This document shows positions 53,311 through 63,222 of a stretch of DNA of 64,000 nt, piece by piece. The notes beneath the pieces are model-generated. The model ran no database searches, was not told where the DNA came from, and saw only the letters and a list, made by a program, of their open reading frames with translations. This DNA comes from Bacteroides sp. (GTDB lineage Bacteria > Bacteroidota > Bacteroidia > Bacteroidales > UBA7960), in assembly GCA_036351255.1 (NCBI GenBank), contig JAZBOS010000087.1:25490-89489 (forward strand). Reading direction: 5' to 3'. Both the position numbers and the translations under genes were made by a program. Position 1 is the stretch's first letter, and every line of letters begins with the position of its first letter.

Positions 53311-55359
53311 ATGAAAAAATTAATGCTGACCTGCGGCATCCTGATGGCCTTGTTTTTTACGGCCTGCAAACAGGAGGCTCCCCGCGAAAAAAATGAAGAC
53401 ATGGGCGTAATTACAGAAACGACTGTTCAGTCGGTGATTGACCAGCTGACGGAAAAATACGGTGCAGATCGTAATGATCTTATCCAGCGTGGCGTGAGCC
53501 AGGTGGCTGCCCTCTGGAAAGAAGAGGATGGCAAGGCTGAAGATTTTGAAGCCTTTTGCCTGGAAAACTATCAGGGCAATGAAGAAGCCCGCAAAACGCT
53601 GTTCGATAGGTTGTCGAGAAATTATGAGCTGATCTGGGGCCACATGAACCAAATGAGCCTGGAACTGAATAAGCCCCTGCACCTCGACTGGGGGCCCATC
53701 GAACCGGTGGACGTGATGTTTGGCAGCTATTCGCCTTCGGCCCACCTGGACGACGACTTCTTCGGCAATAAACTTGCTTTCATGACCATCCTCAACTTTC
53801 CCTTTTACAAACTGGAGGAAAAAGCTGAACTGGGTCCGGACTGGAACAGGCTTGAGTGGGCCTATGCCCGGATGGGCGACATTTACAATTCGCGCGTGCC
53901 TTCACACATCAACCAGGAAGCTTCCAGGATCAGTACCGAATCGGACAATTACATCTCGGAGTACAACATCATCATGGATAAGCTGGTGAACGATGAGGGC
54001 GAAGCCCTGTTCCCGGAAAACCTGCACCTGATCACTCACTGGGGCTTGCGCGACGAGATCAAGAGCAACTACGCCCTTGCCGAAGGCCTCGAAAAGCAGG
54101 AGATGATCTACCAGGTGATGCAACGCATCATTGCCCAGGACATCCCCGAAATGGTGATCAACAATCCTGAAGTACTGTGGAATCCTTACACCAACGAGGT
54201 TTTCAAAGATGGCCAGGCCGTGGAAACCACCCCGGAGCCCGACACCCGCTACCAATACCTGCTCAGCAACTTCCAGGCAGCAAAAGAGGCTGACCCCTAT
54301 TCACCCAATTACCCTACGGCCATCGACCGGGCCTTTAATGCAGGCCTTGAGCTGACGCAACAGGAGGTGGAAGAACTGTTTGTACAGCTGGTCAGTTCGC
54401 CCCAGGCCAAGGCGGTCGGTGAACTCATCAGCCAAAGGCTGGGACGCTCGCTGAAGCCCTTCGACATCTGGTATGATGGCTTCAAATCGCGCAGCAGCAT
54501 ATCAGAACAACTTAACGAAATCGTTGGGGCAAAATACCCCACACGGGAAGCCTTCGAAGCCGATCTGCCCAATATCCTGGTAAAGCTGGGCTGGAGTGCC
54601 GATCGTGCCAAATCCATTGCATCCAAGGTGAAGGTTGAAAGTTCGCGCGGTGCTGGCCACGCCTGGGGAGCCCAGATGCGCGAGCAGAATTCATATCTGC
54701 GCACCCGCATCGGGGAAAATGGCATGGACTATAAAGGCTATAACATTGCCGTTCACGAATTTGGCCACAACCTTGAGCAGACCATCACCCTGCATGATGT
54801 GGATTATTTCATGATGAGCGGAGTACCCAATACGGCTTTTACTGAGACCACCGCATTCCTTTTCCAGATGCGTGACCTGAAGCTGCTGGGCATCGACACC
54901 GACGACCCCAATGCAGATCATATGCGTGCCCTCGACAACTTCTGGAGTTGCTATGAGATTATGGGCGTTTCGCTGGTGGATATGGCGGTGTGGCAATGGA
55001 TGTATGAGAACCCCGAAGCAACACCTGCCCAGCTGAAAGAGAAAACCATGGAGATCGCCATCGATACCTGGAACAAATATTACGCACCGGTGTTCGGCCT
55101 GGAAGACTCGCCCATCCTGGCCATTTACTCGCATATGATCAGCTATCCCCTTTACCTGAGCGCTTATCCCCTAGGGCACCTCATCGAGTTCCAGGTCGAA
55201 AGCCAGCTGAAAGGCAAAAACCTGGCCAGTGAAATCGACAGGATGTATACCGTTGGGCGACTGATCCCTCAGGAATGGATGAAACTGGCCGTGGGTGAAC
55301 CCATCTCAAGCCAGCCCATCCTCAATGCTGTTGAAGAGGCCCTGAAACACATACAATAA
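53311..55359 (+). CDS. Lipoprotein, gluzincin-type zinc metallopeptidase-like (HEXXH plus E)
   Basis: Lipobox LMALFFTAC. HEFGH is followed about 25 aa later by FTETTAF, a candidate third ligand Glu. The subfamily is not recognised. Confidence 0.55.
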   Translation: MKKLMLTCGILMALFFTACKQEAPREKNEDMGVITETTVQSVIDQLTEKYGADRNDLIQRGVSQVAALWKEEDGKAEDFEAFCLENYQGNEEARKTLFDRLSRNYELIWGHMNQMSLELNKPLHLDWGPIEPVDVMFGSYSPSAHLDDDFFGNKLAFMTILNFPFYKLEEKAELGPDWNRLEWAYARMGDIYNSRVPSHINQEASRISTESDNYISEYNIIMDKLVNDEGEALFPENLHLITHWGLRDEIKSNYALAEGLEKQEMIYQVMQRIIAQDIPEMVINNPEVLWNPYTNEVFKDGQAVETTPEPDTRYQYLLSNFQAAKEADPYSPNYPTAIDRAFNAGLELTQQEVEELFVQLVSSPQAKAVGELISQRLGRSLKPFDIWYDGFKSRSSISEQLNEIVGAKYPTREAFEADLPNILVKLGWSADRAKSIASKVKVESSRGAGHAWGAQMREQNSYLRTRIGENGMDYKGYNIAVHEFGHNLEQTITLHDVDYFMMSGVPNTAFTETTAFLFQMRDLKLLGIDTDDPNADHMRALDNFWSCYEIMGVSLVDMAVWQWMYENPEATPAQLKEKTMEIAIDTWNKYYAPVFGLEDSPILAIYSHMISYPLYLSAYPLGHLIEFQVESQLKGKNLASEIDRMYTVGRLIPQEWMKLAVGEPISSQPILNAVEEALKHIQ

Positions 55360-55398
55360 GTCTGGAAGACCTGTATTAAAGGGCGCTGCATCACTTTC

Positions 55399-55465
55399 AA
55401 GCCCCCTTTGCAAATCCTTGAATGACCCTCTTGGGGCTCATACAAGATGAAGCAAAGGGGGTTTT
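55399..55465 (+). terminator. Candidate terminator (long composite hairpin plus T-run) after the metallopeptidase gene
   Basis: CCCCCTTTGC (55402-55411) pairs with GCAAAGGGGG (55452-55461). An inner ATGACCC/GGGGCTCAT stem is present, followed by TTTT. Confidence 0.45.
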
Positions 55466-55533
55466 AATGCCCGGTAGCTTTTTTTCCAAAAGCTTTCTTT
55501 CGATTTTTTTCAATCCTTTCAGGGTCCTTGCAT

Positions 55534-55617
55534 ATTCATACCACGGTCGTAGTTTATACGGGTTTCAGTCGGTTTTTAGTCGTTTTAAAACGGCTAAAAC
55601 CCGACTGAACTATGAAT
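55534..55617. repeat. Imperfect palindromic element containing the same AGTTTATACGG unit as the 48.4-kb palindrome
   Basis: AGTTTATACGG lies at 55551-55561. Arms 55564-55586 and 55587-55609 pair with 2 mismatches and 1 G.U around the TTTTAAAA centre. Outer arms ATTCATA / TATGAAT lie at 55534-55540 and 55611-55617. Confidence 0.6.
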
Positions 55618-55808
55618 GAAACAGGATGCAAGTCTTGATCCGATCAGGGGTTAATCGCAGGATCATAAGAAGGGGTGGCCGGAAAAACGAGAGAGACCCG
55701 GGTAAAATAAACTTTCAGGCATCTCCCGAAAACAATAAGAGATGCGGATATAAAAGGAGGAATCCCGGGCTTAAAATTTTACTTTTATCCGATTCGTAAT
55801 GGGCCAGC

Positions 55809-56402
55809 TTATACAATGATTTTCCGGACCAGTTCTTCCACCACGCGGGGATAATGCTTATATTCAAGCTGGTGGGTTTTTAAAGCGATGGTTTCAGGGG
55901 TATCATCGGGCTCAATATCGAAACCGGCCTGGAAGATGATCTCTCCCTCGTCGTAACGTTCGTTGACATAGTGAATGGAAATTCCTGTCTGATATTCACC
56001 CTGGCGGATCACTTCCTCGTGAACACGCATACCGTACATCCCCTTGCCGCCAAATTTGGGCAATAGTGCGGGATGAATATTCACAATCCTTCCGGGAAAC
56101 TCCAGGATGAGATAGGAAGGGACAAGGGAAAGGAAGCCAGCCAGTACGACAAAATCGATCTGGGCCTGCCGGAAAAGACCCATCACCAGCTCCTGATCCT
56201 TCCATTGCTCCTTATGAACCACTACATGCGGCACCTGCGTTTTGGCTGCACGCTTCAGTACCATGGCATCAGGATTATCGGACACCACCAGGGCCACTTC
56301 TATAATATCATGCAGGCGGAAATACTCGATAAAATTGGCTACATTCGTACCACTGCCTGAAGCCAGCATGGCAAGCCTTATTTTAGCACCTTTATGCAGC
56401 AT
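55809..56402 (-). CDS. purN: Phosphoribosylglycinamide formyltransferase
   Basis: LASGSGTN, VVLAGF, IVNIHPALLPKFGGKGMYG and H..V are present. The ATG at 56402 is preferred to the longer ORF start at 56462. Confidence 0.9.
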   Translation of the reverse strand: MLHKGAKIRLAMLASGSGTNVANFIEYFRLHDIIEVALVVSDNPDAMVLKRAAKTQVPHVVVHKEQWKDQELVMGLFRQAQIDFVVLAGFLSLVPSYLILEFPGRIVNIHPALLPKFGGKGMYGMRVHEEVIRQGEYQTGISIHYVNERYDEGEIIFQAGFDIEPDDTPETIALKTHQLEYKHYPRVVEELVRKIIV

Positions 56403-56638
56403 TATTGATAAACATTTTTTAAATATTTGACAAATTTGGCCAAAAATTGTCAGAAAATACAATAAAAACCCATGATTTTTTAAAGAATTTTGCTTTTAAA
56501 CTAAGGTTTTAGTTATATGCAAAATTGTGTAAAACAATATATTACAGCGATTTAGTGAAATTAGGGATGGAAAAAGTTGGTTAATTTCAATTAAATAATT
56601 TTCTTTGCATCCTGTTTTAAACAAAAAAAGGAGAAACC

Positions 56639-56872
56639 ATGTCAGACATTTCAACAAGAGTAAAAGCTATCATCGTTGATAAGCTTGGTGTAGATGAGAA
56701 AGAAGTTACCCCTGAAGCAAGCTTCACCAATGATTTGGGAGCAGATTCACTGGATACTGTTGAGCTCATCATGGAATTTGAAAAAGAATTCAACCTTGCC
56801 ATTCCTGACGATCAAGCTGAGAAGATCAGCACTGTAGGTGATGCTATTGCATATATTGAAAAAAATCAATAA
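56639..56872 (+). CDS. acpP: Acyl carrier protein
   Basis: 77 aa with the phosphopantetheine attachment motif [19 protein letters not shown] lies 6 nt upstream of the ATG. Confidence 0.95.
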   Translation: MSDISTRVKAIIVDKLGVDEKEVTPEASFTNDLGADSLDTVELIMEFEKEFNLAIPDDQAEKISTVGDAIAYIEKNQ

Positions 56873-56893
56873 GTAGAACCTAAAGCGCTTTAG

Positions 56894-58147
56894 ATGAACC
56901 TCAGAAGAGTAGTAGTTACAGGATTAGGCGCTCTTACTCCTATAGGCAATACCGTTCCAGAATTCTGGAACGGTTTGCTTAATGGTGTCAGTGGGGCAGC
57001 TCCAATAACCCGATTTGACGCTTCGAAATTTAAGACCCGGTTTGCCTGCGAAATCAAAGGTTTTGATACGACAGCCTATTTTGACCGGAAAGAGATCCGG
57101 AAATACGATCCCTATGCCCAGTATGCCCTCATTGCTGCAGATGAAGCAATAAAGGATGCGGGCATTGATCCTGAAAAGGTCAATGCTGACCGGGTCGGGA
57201 TTATCTGGGGCAGTGGCATTGGCGGGCTTCAGACTTTTCTGGAGGCCATTACCGAATTTGCTCAGGGCGATGGAACCCCGCGTTTCAGTCCCTTCTTTAT
57301 TCCCAAAATGATTTCGGATATCGCCGCCGGACATATTTCTATAAAATATGGATTCAGGGGCCCCAACTATACCACCACCTCTGCGTGTGCTTCGGCCGCC
57401 AATGCGCTGGTTGATAGTTTCAACCTGATTCGAATGGGAAAAGCGGATATCATTTTTAGCGGTGGCTCAGAGGCCGCCATTAATGAAGCTGGTGTTGGTG
57501 GATTTGGCGCCATGAAGGCCATCAGCGAGCGCAATGATGATCCTGCTACTGGTTCAAGACCTTTCGACAAGGACCGTGATGGTTTTGTGATCGGTGAGGG
57601 TGCCGGTTGTATCATCCTTGAAGAATTGGATCATGCATTGGCTAGGGGTGCAAAGATCTATGCAGAAATGGTTGGAGGTGGCCTTTCGGCCGATGCTTAC
57701 CACATGACCAGTCCCCATCCCGATGGACTGGGTGCCTTTAATGTTATGAAATATACCCTCGAAGATGGTGGCCTGAAACGCGAAGATGTGGATCACATCA
57801 ACACCCATGGGACTTCAACCCCTTTGGGCGACATTTCCGAACCCAGGGCCATCGTAAATCTTTTTGGGGAACACGCATACAAAATCAGCATTAACTCCAC
57901 CAAGTCGATGACGGGGCATTTATTGGGGGCGGCAGGGGCCATTGAAGCCATTGCCACCATCCTGGCCATGAAATACAGCATCGTTCCCCCCACCATCAAC
58001 CAGTTCAACCTTGACCCGGAAATTGACCCGAAGCTTGATTTCACCTTTCACAAACCAGTGAAACGGGAGATTAATGTAGCTTTGAGCAATACGTTTGGGT
58101 TTGGTGGACACAATGCTTGCGTAGCCTTCAGAAAATTTCTGCAATAG
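56894..58147 (+). CDS. fabF: Beta-ketoacyl-ACP synthase II
   Basis: RRVVVTGLG, active-site SACASA, the HGTSTP His segment, and the GHLLGAAG...GFGGHN C-terminus are present. Confidence 0.95.
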   Translation: MNLRRVVVTGLGALTPIGNTVPEFWNGLLNGVSGAAPITRFDASKFKTRFACEIKGFDTTAYFDRKEIRKYDPYAQYALIAADEAIKDAGIDPEKVNADRVGIIWGSGIGGLQTFLEAITEFAQGDGTPRFSPFFIPKMISDIAAGHISIKYGFRGPNYTTTSACASAANALVDSFNLIRMGKADIIFSGGSEAAINEAGVGGFGAMKAISERNDDPATGSRPFDKDRDGFVIGEGAGCIILEELDHALARGAKIYAEMVGGGLSADAYHMTSPHPDGLGAFNVMKYTLEDGGLKREDVDHINTHGTSTPLGDISEPRAIVNLFGEHAYKISINSTKSMTGHLLGAAGAIEAIATILAMKYSIVPPTINQFNLDPEIDPKLDFTFHKPVKREINVALSNTFGFGGHNACVAFRKFLQ

Positions 58148-58157
58148 GAATACGGTT

Positions 58158-58901
58158 TTGCGCTTTTTTCATTCCATTCTAAGAAAAACCCACGCTTCTG
58201 ACAAAGCGCTGGGAGATGCCTTAAAGAACATTTTAGGTTATTATCCCGGTAACCTGGCCTTGTATAAGCTGGCCCTGAGACACCGTTCAGCAGCCACCCC
58301 TCTGACCAATGGATTCAAGCATAGCAATGAGCGGCTTGAATATTTGGGCGATGCTGTATTAGGCTCCATCATTGCTGATTTTCTTTTTAAAAAGTTTCCC
58401 TATAAGGATGAGGGGTTTCTGACAGAAATGCGCTCGCGCATCGTGAGTCGCTCCAATCTTAATGCCCTCTCAAAAAAACTGGGCCTGAACCGACTGATTG
58501 AAACAAGTATTGATGGAAAGATTGCCGGATCATCCATCCCTGGCGATGCCTTTGAAGCACTGGTGGGAGCCATATACCTTGACAAGGGTTACAGGTTTAC
58601 GCAAAAGATCCTGATCCACCAGATCATTGCCTGCCACCTCGACATGGAAGAGCTTGTCAGCAAGGAAATCAACTTCAAAAGCAAGATCATTGAATGGAGC
58701 CAGAAGGAAAGGAAAACGGCAGATTTTGTCCTGGTGGAAGAAATTGAAAACGGGAAGAAGAACCGCCTTTATTTGGTGAACCTTTTAGTGGATGGACAAG
58801 TTGCAGGCAGCGGCCAGGATTATTCTATCAAAAAAGCAGAACAAAAAGCTGCGGCAGAGGCCTGGGAAAAACTTGTGAATAATGGCGATCAGGGGGAATG
58901 A
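58158..58901 (+). CDS. rnc: Ribonuclease III
   Basis: The RNase III signature NERLEYLGDAVL, FEALVGAIYLD and a C-terminal dsRBD (KK.AEQ.AA..A) are present. The start is a TTG. Confidence 0.9.
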   Translation: MRFFHSILRKTHASDKALGDALKNILGYYPGNLALYKLALRHRSAATPLTNGFKHSNERLEYLGDAVLGSIIADFLFKKFPYKDEGFLTEMRSRIVSRSNLNALSKKLGLNRLIETSIDGKIAGSSIPGDAFEALVGAIYLDKGYRFTQKILIHQIIACHLDMEELVSKEINFKSKIIEWSQKERKTADFVLVEEIENGKKNRLYLVNLLVDGQVAGSGQDYSIKKAEQKAAAEAWEKLVNNGDQGE

Positions 58902-58969
58902 TTTCTTTTCCATAAGGTAATCTTCCTTACTTTTGCAAGAAAGCCATTCAGCCAAAGGCCATCTGATTT

Positions 58970-59425
58970 ATGCCGAAAAAAATTGCTTTAAAGCTTGGTT
59001 ACGAATCCCCTTTTACGGTTTTCTCGGTGTTTACCACCCAGAAGGATTACCGCCTGGCCTGGCTTATGAACCAGCAGCTGAGTATTGAACTCAAGCGAAT
59101 CGGCGATTACACCCATTCCTTTTCGGAAAGCCAGAAAGCCGGTTTCCCTTTATACCATTTTCATTACCGGCAATACCGCATGCCTATATTCCTGCTGGGC
59201 AACAAAAGCACCGAGGGGGCCATCGTTACCGACACGCCCGTCCCTGACTTCCTGGTTCTTTTCTGTAATGTGAGTGAGTTTTTCGACTTGAAACAATTCC
59301 AGAAGGAAATGCGTAAGATCAAGCAGGTGCAGACCCTGGCGCCCCTTGATGAGAAAGCGCGTAATAAATACGAAGATTTCTTTTACGATCTGGAGTATTT
59401 TTTAACTGAACAGCACGTAATCTGA
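58970..59425 (+). CDS. Conserved hypothetical protein (possibly the Bacteroidota IPExxxVDY family; uncertain)
   Basis: 151 aa. The DYRLAWLMNQQL segment resembles what I recall of that family, but I cannot verify it. A TACTTTTG -7 box lies at 58928-58935. Confidence 0.45.
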   Translation: MPKKIALKLGYESPFTVFSVFTTQKDYRLAWLMNQQLSIELKRIGDYTHSFSESQKAGFPLYHFHYRQYRMPIFLLGNKSTEGAIVTDTPVPDFLVLFCNVSEFFDLKQFQKEMRKIKQVQTLAPLDEKARNKYEDFFYDLEYFLTEQHVI

Positions 59426-59438
59426 GGCTCGGCATCGA

Positions 59439-61043
59439 TTATCGTGAAAAAACCAGAAGCCTGGCAGAGGCCTTTCCCTCTTTTGATTTTGCTACAATAT
59501 AATAAACGCCTTTACGCAGGCCTGAAGCCGGCAGATCGAGTTTGAACTCATAACTCCCGGGCTCCAGTAAACCATCGTAAACCCTGCCTGCCAGTTGGCC
59601 CCTGGTATCGAATACCAGCACTTGAACTGGCCCGGGAATGGCATTATGAAGGCGGATGGAAGTATGATCCAAAGCCGGGTTAGGGAAAACCTGGATGTCA
59701 AGGACCTTTGTTTCAATAATGGGTACAGCAGTGTGCAGGATACTATCGGCTTCAAAGGCACCCATATCAATGCGCCCCAGTTGAATGCGGGGAGTCCCTG
59801 AAAGGTCAAATTCGGGAAGCATCAAGAAGCCAGGATCTTCACTGCCTGCATTAATGGCGGGCGACTGCGGTTCAAGCTGCCATGGCCATTGACCTTCTCC
59901 TGAAAAGACCGGATCTGTGCTGATATTCCCAATAAACTCACCCTGAAAGGCTGCTCCATCAAAAAGTTCCTGGCCCCCGTCAATGGTGCAATTATAAAAA
60001 TTAGGGATGGAGTTGGAATCCCAAATAAAGACCGAACCACCGGTAGTACTGTTGGCCCAGTTGCCCCACAGGATGGTGTTGTACACCTTGACGAATGCCT
60101 CAGCATTAAAATACAGTCCGCCCCCATAACCTCCATAATTCCCGACAATGGTATTGTTTGAAATATTGGCGCGGGTGTTGATCAGCGCCATACCGCCGCC
60201 AAAGAACATGGCGGTATTGTGGAGGACCAAATTGTTGGAGATAGTACCTGAAACCTGGGAGCGCAGGATGCCTAATCCTCCGCCGAGTGGGCTGCCGTTG
60301 GCTTCAAAAATATTGTGCTCAATGATGGGGTCACCTTCGTCAATACTCATCCCCCCGCCAATTCCTGTGGAAGCATTTCCAGTGAAGACATTTCCCCGGA
60401 TGACCGCTTTGGTGTTCAGGCCGCAAAGCCCGCCCCCATAACCATATTGTTCTTCCAGGGGAGGGGTATGACCAGCCTGATTTTCCGAAAAGATACACCG
60501 TTCGACCCTTGGAGAGGTGCTGTTAAAATACATCCCCGCCCCGCTCAAATAGGTCCGGTTTTGGGCGAAGGAGCAGTTCAAAAAAGTGGCTTCCACCGGC
60601 CCGGACATATAGATGGCACCCCCGTGATGCAAAGTATCGCCCTGCCAGGCCTTGGCATATTCAAAATGGGCGTATTCAAAATAGGCATTAACCCAATTCT
60701 TTTCAGGTGTGGCCATCAGGGAAATGCCATTCCAGCCCCCGGCTGGCGTATTCAGTTCATACAAACCCGTGGTATCGCTGACGGTGAACAATACGGGGTT
60801 ATCAGGAACCCCAAGTACCTGGATATCGCCAAGAACAAGCAAGTTGAAATAACCCTGAAACTGCACCACCACACCTGAGCCAATCATCAGTGTGGATCCC
60901 TCGGCTATGTGAATATCGCCGGTCACTTTTACGGTATCATAATTCCACAAACCCATCACTTCACCCTCAACAGTGATGGTCTGGCCTGAAGAAGCCTGGG
61001 TAGCCAGAAAAAGGCTACAAAATGCAAGAATATAAATACGCAC
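59439..61043 (-). CDS. Secreted right-handed beta-helix protein with Pmp-like GG[AG][LIM]/FxxN repeats and a T9SS type A C-terminal domain
   Basis: Signal peptide present. Repeats: GGAIYMSG...FAQN, GAGMYFNS...FSEN, GGGLCGLN...FTGN, GGGMSIDE...FEAN, GGGLGILR, GGGMALIN, GGGLYFNA. C-terminus: VFPNPALDHTSIRL...GVYYIVAKS. Confidence 0.7.
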   Translation of the reverse strand: MRIYILAFCSLFLATQASSGQTITVEGEVMGLWNYDTVKVTGDIHIAEGSTLMIGSGVVVQFQGYFNLLVLGDIQVLGVPDNPVLFTVSDTTGLYELNTPAGGWNGISLMATPEKNWVNAYFEYAHFEYAKAWQGDTLHHGGAIYMSGPVEATFLNCSFAQNRTYLSGAGMYFNSTSPRVERCIFSENQAGHTPPLEEQYGYGGGLCGLNTKAVIRGNVFTGNASTGIGGGMSIDEGDPIIEHNIFEANGSPLGGGLGILRSQVSGTISNNLVLHNTAMFFGGGMALINTRANISNNTIVGNYGGYGGGLYFNAEAFVKVYNTILWGNWANSTTGGSVFIWDSNSIPNFYNCTIDGGQELFDGAAFQGEFIGNISTDPVFSGEGQWPWQLEPQSPAINAGSEDPGFLMLPEFDLSGTPRIQLGRIDMGAFEADSILHTAVPIIETKVLDIQVFPNPALDHTSIRLHNAIPGPVQVLVFDTRGQLAGRVYDGLLEPGSYEFKLDLPASGLRKGVYYIVAKSKEGKASARLLVFSR

Positions 61044-61137
61044 TAAACAGCTTTTTTCATTATAATTATTAAAGACTTATTCCACAACATTCCCCGAAAG
61101 AAGCTTCAGGGAATCATGGGAATCCTTCAGGGCTCAT

Positions 61138-62322
61138 TTACCTTAATATATGTGTTTCCTTGCCAAACCATCTTACACAGAACAAAACAGAAATGGTAGC
61201 ATAGGTGATAAGCGATACAATGGTAATCAACAACAGGGGCGTTTGAATGGTTCCTGCAAGGATTTCCTTGGTAGCCAGCGAAATATTGACAATGGGGATG
61301 AGGGCCGTAACCGTGGTTAACTCAATACCGGGCATTAAGCCAATGACGGCAGGAAAAATCACAAAGAAGGTCATTGGTGACAAGATGCTTTGGGCTTCCT
61401 TGAACGTTTTGGCATAAATGGTGAGCGGCACCATGACCCCTGCAAAGAAAATGGTAAGGGGCACGAGCATGGCCAGAAGCAGTAATACAAATTTAACAGA
61501 CAACATCCCTGAAATCATTCCGGCAAAGATGTCGGGCATACCGACAGTGGTGCGAACGGCGACAAAAAGACCGACGATGGCAAGCACTGCTGACAGCAGG
61601 CCACTACTGACGACTACTGCCATTTTGCCCACCAAAATCTCAAGGCGGGAAACCGGCGAGGTGAGCAATGTTTCAAGGGTTTTGCGTTCCTTTTCACCCG
61701 TGAACAGGTCGATGGCGGGATACATGGACCCCATAAAACAAAAGATCACAAACAGGTAGGGCAAAAATCCCCCGGCCAGCTTTCCGATGACTTCCTGCTC
61801 GGAGGCTACGTTGATATATTCGGTTTTGACCGGTTCGATGAAACTTTCTTCAAGGCCCTGGGAAGCAATCCGGTCTTTGAGGATCTGTGAGACATACACA
61901 TTCAGAAGGCCGGAAAAGCGCTCCCTGATGGTTAGTTTGGTTTCAGAATACAGAACGTTTACTTTGGCGCTTTTTAGGTTGACAAGATTCTCGGTAAAGC
62001 CTTCTTCAATGATAACACCAATCTGCAAGCTGTCCTTGCGAATCAGTTGTTCCAGCTGGGCCTGATCCTGAACAGAGACAATGGTGAGTGCTTCATGACC
62101 TTTTAGAAATTTCTCCAGGCCATTCTCCTGATCAAGGTTAATGACTCCTGTGACCAGCGAGCTTCGTTGTTCTTTATTAATGACGTTTTGCTGTAGTTTA
62201 GTGATCAACGAAAAAATTAAAGGGAAGATCAGAATGGGGATAATGACCATCATGATCAGGGTGCGCTTGTCGCGCAGGGTATCCAGAAATTCTTTGGAGG
62301 CTATGGTAATGATATTTTTCAT
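61138..62322 (-). CDS. ABC-2 type transporter permease (NatB-like)
   Basis: One N-terminal TM helix, a large extracytoplasmic loop and 5 C-terminal TM helices. It is paired with the upstream ATPase gene. Confidence 0.8.
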   Translation of the reverse strand: MKNIITIASKEFLDTLRDKRTLIMMVIIPILIFPLIFSLITKLQQNVINKEQRSSLVTGVINLDQENGLEKFLKGHEALTIVSVQDQAQLEQLIRKDSLQIGVIIEEGFTENLVNLKSAKVNVLYSETKLTIRERFSGLLNVYVSQILKDRIASQGLEESFIEPVKTEYINVASEQEVIGKLAGGFLPYLFVIFCFMGSMYPAIDLFTGEKERKTLETLLTSPVSRLEILVGKMAVVVSSGLLSAVLAIVGLFVAVRTTVGMPDIFAGMISGMLSVKFVLLLLAMLVPLTIFFAGVMVPLTIYAKTFKEAQSILSPMTFFVIFPAVIGLMPGIELTTVTALIPIVNISLATKEILAGTIQTPLLLITIVSLITYATISVLFCVRWFGKETHILR

Positions 62323-62358
62323 TTTTAAGAGACTTTTTTGGTGATGCTTAAACCCGGA

Positions 62359-63144
62359 TTAATTGCTTTCTGCGACCACACGGATGAATTCTTCAGTGAT
62401 ATTGTCGGTTTTCATTTCCTTACGGAAAAGTTCCATGGTGTCGTTAAACAGAATGCGCCCCTGGTGGATAATGGCCAGATCATCGCAGAGCAGGTCAACC
62501 TCACTCATAATATGCGAGGAGAAGATCACCGTATTGTTTTTGTTTTTGCAATCGCGTATCAGCTCGATGATGTTTTTAGCTGCGATCACATCGAGTCCTG
62601 CGGTAGGTTCATCAAACACAATCACTTCGGGGTCGTGAATCATGGTACGGGCAATGCTCACCTTTTGTTTCATCCCGGTGGAAAGCTTCCCAATGCGTTT
62701 TTTGGCAAAATCGTGCATGCCCAGCAGCGTGTACAATTCTTCTCTGCGCTTTTCATAAACCGGCTTTTCAATGCCATTGAGTTTTGCAAAGTACGCGATG
62801 AGTTCGTCAGGGGTCAGCCTTTCGTAAAGGCCGGTGGTTCCGGTAAGAAAGCCAATAAGACTTCTGACCTTTGAGCCGTCCCTGCTTGGGTCGTAGCCGC
62901 AGACCTTTACAGAGCCACCGCTTGGAGCAAGGATGGTGGAGATGATCCGCAGGGTGGTGGTTTTACCTGCTCCATTGGGTCCCAGCAGGCTAAAAATGCG
63001 GCCGGGTTTGCATTCAAAGCTAATATTATCCAAAACCCGAAGGCTGGAGGTTTGTGCACCTGCCTCAGCCATTTGTTTTTTGGATAAGGAAAATTCCTTA
63101 GTTAATTGTTCTACTTTAATCATGGTTGTAAAATTTGTTGCCAA
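62359..63144 (-). CDS. ABC transporter ATP-binding protein (NatA-like)
   Basis: Walker A GPNGAGKTT, signature LSTGMKQK, Walker B VIVFDEPTAGLD and an H-loop SSHIM are present. The true start may be the internal MIKVEQL. Confidence 0.9.
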   Translation of the reverse strand: MATNFTTMIKVEQLTKEFSLSKKQMAEAGAQTSSLRVLDNISFECKPGRIFSLLGPNGAGKTTTLRIISTILAPSGGSVKVCGYDPSRDGSKVRSLIGFLTGTTGLYERLTPDELIAYFAKLNGIEKPVYEKRREELYTLLGMHDFAKKRIGKLSTGMKQKVSIARTMIHDPEVIVFDEPTAGLDVIAAKNIIELIRDCKNKNNTVIFSSHIMSEVDLLCDDLAIIHQGRILFNDTMELFRKEMKTDNITEEFIRVVAESN

Positions 63145-63222
63145 AGATATTGTTTTACAAAATACTTGTTGAAAAAAAACAAAAAAAAGGGCTTTAAAGG
63201 CCCTTCAGAAGAAAAAGAATCA

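Noticed and set aside
55422-55619. 65-aa ORF in the long purN-distal intergenic region
   Set aside because: It runs through the terminator-like hairpin and the palindromic repeat element, with no start context, so it is most likely non-coding.
62338-62874. 178-aa plus-strand ORF
   Set aside because: It is antisense to the ABC ATPase gene, which carries Walker A, Walker B and the signature motif.
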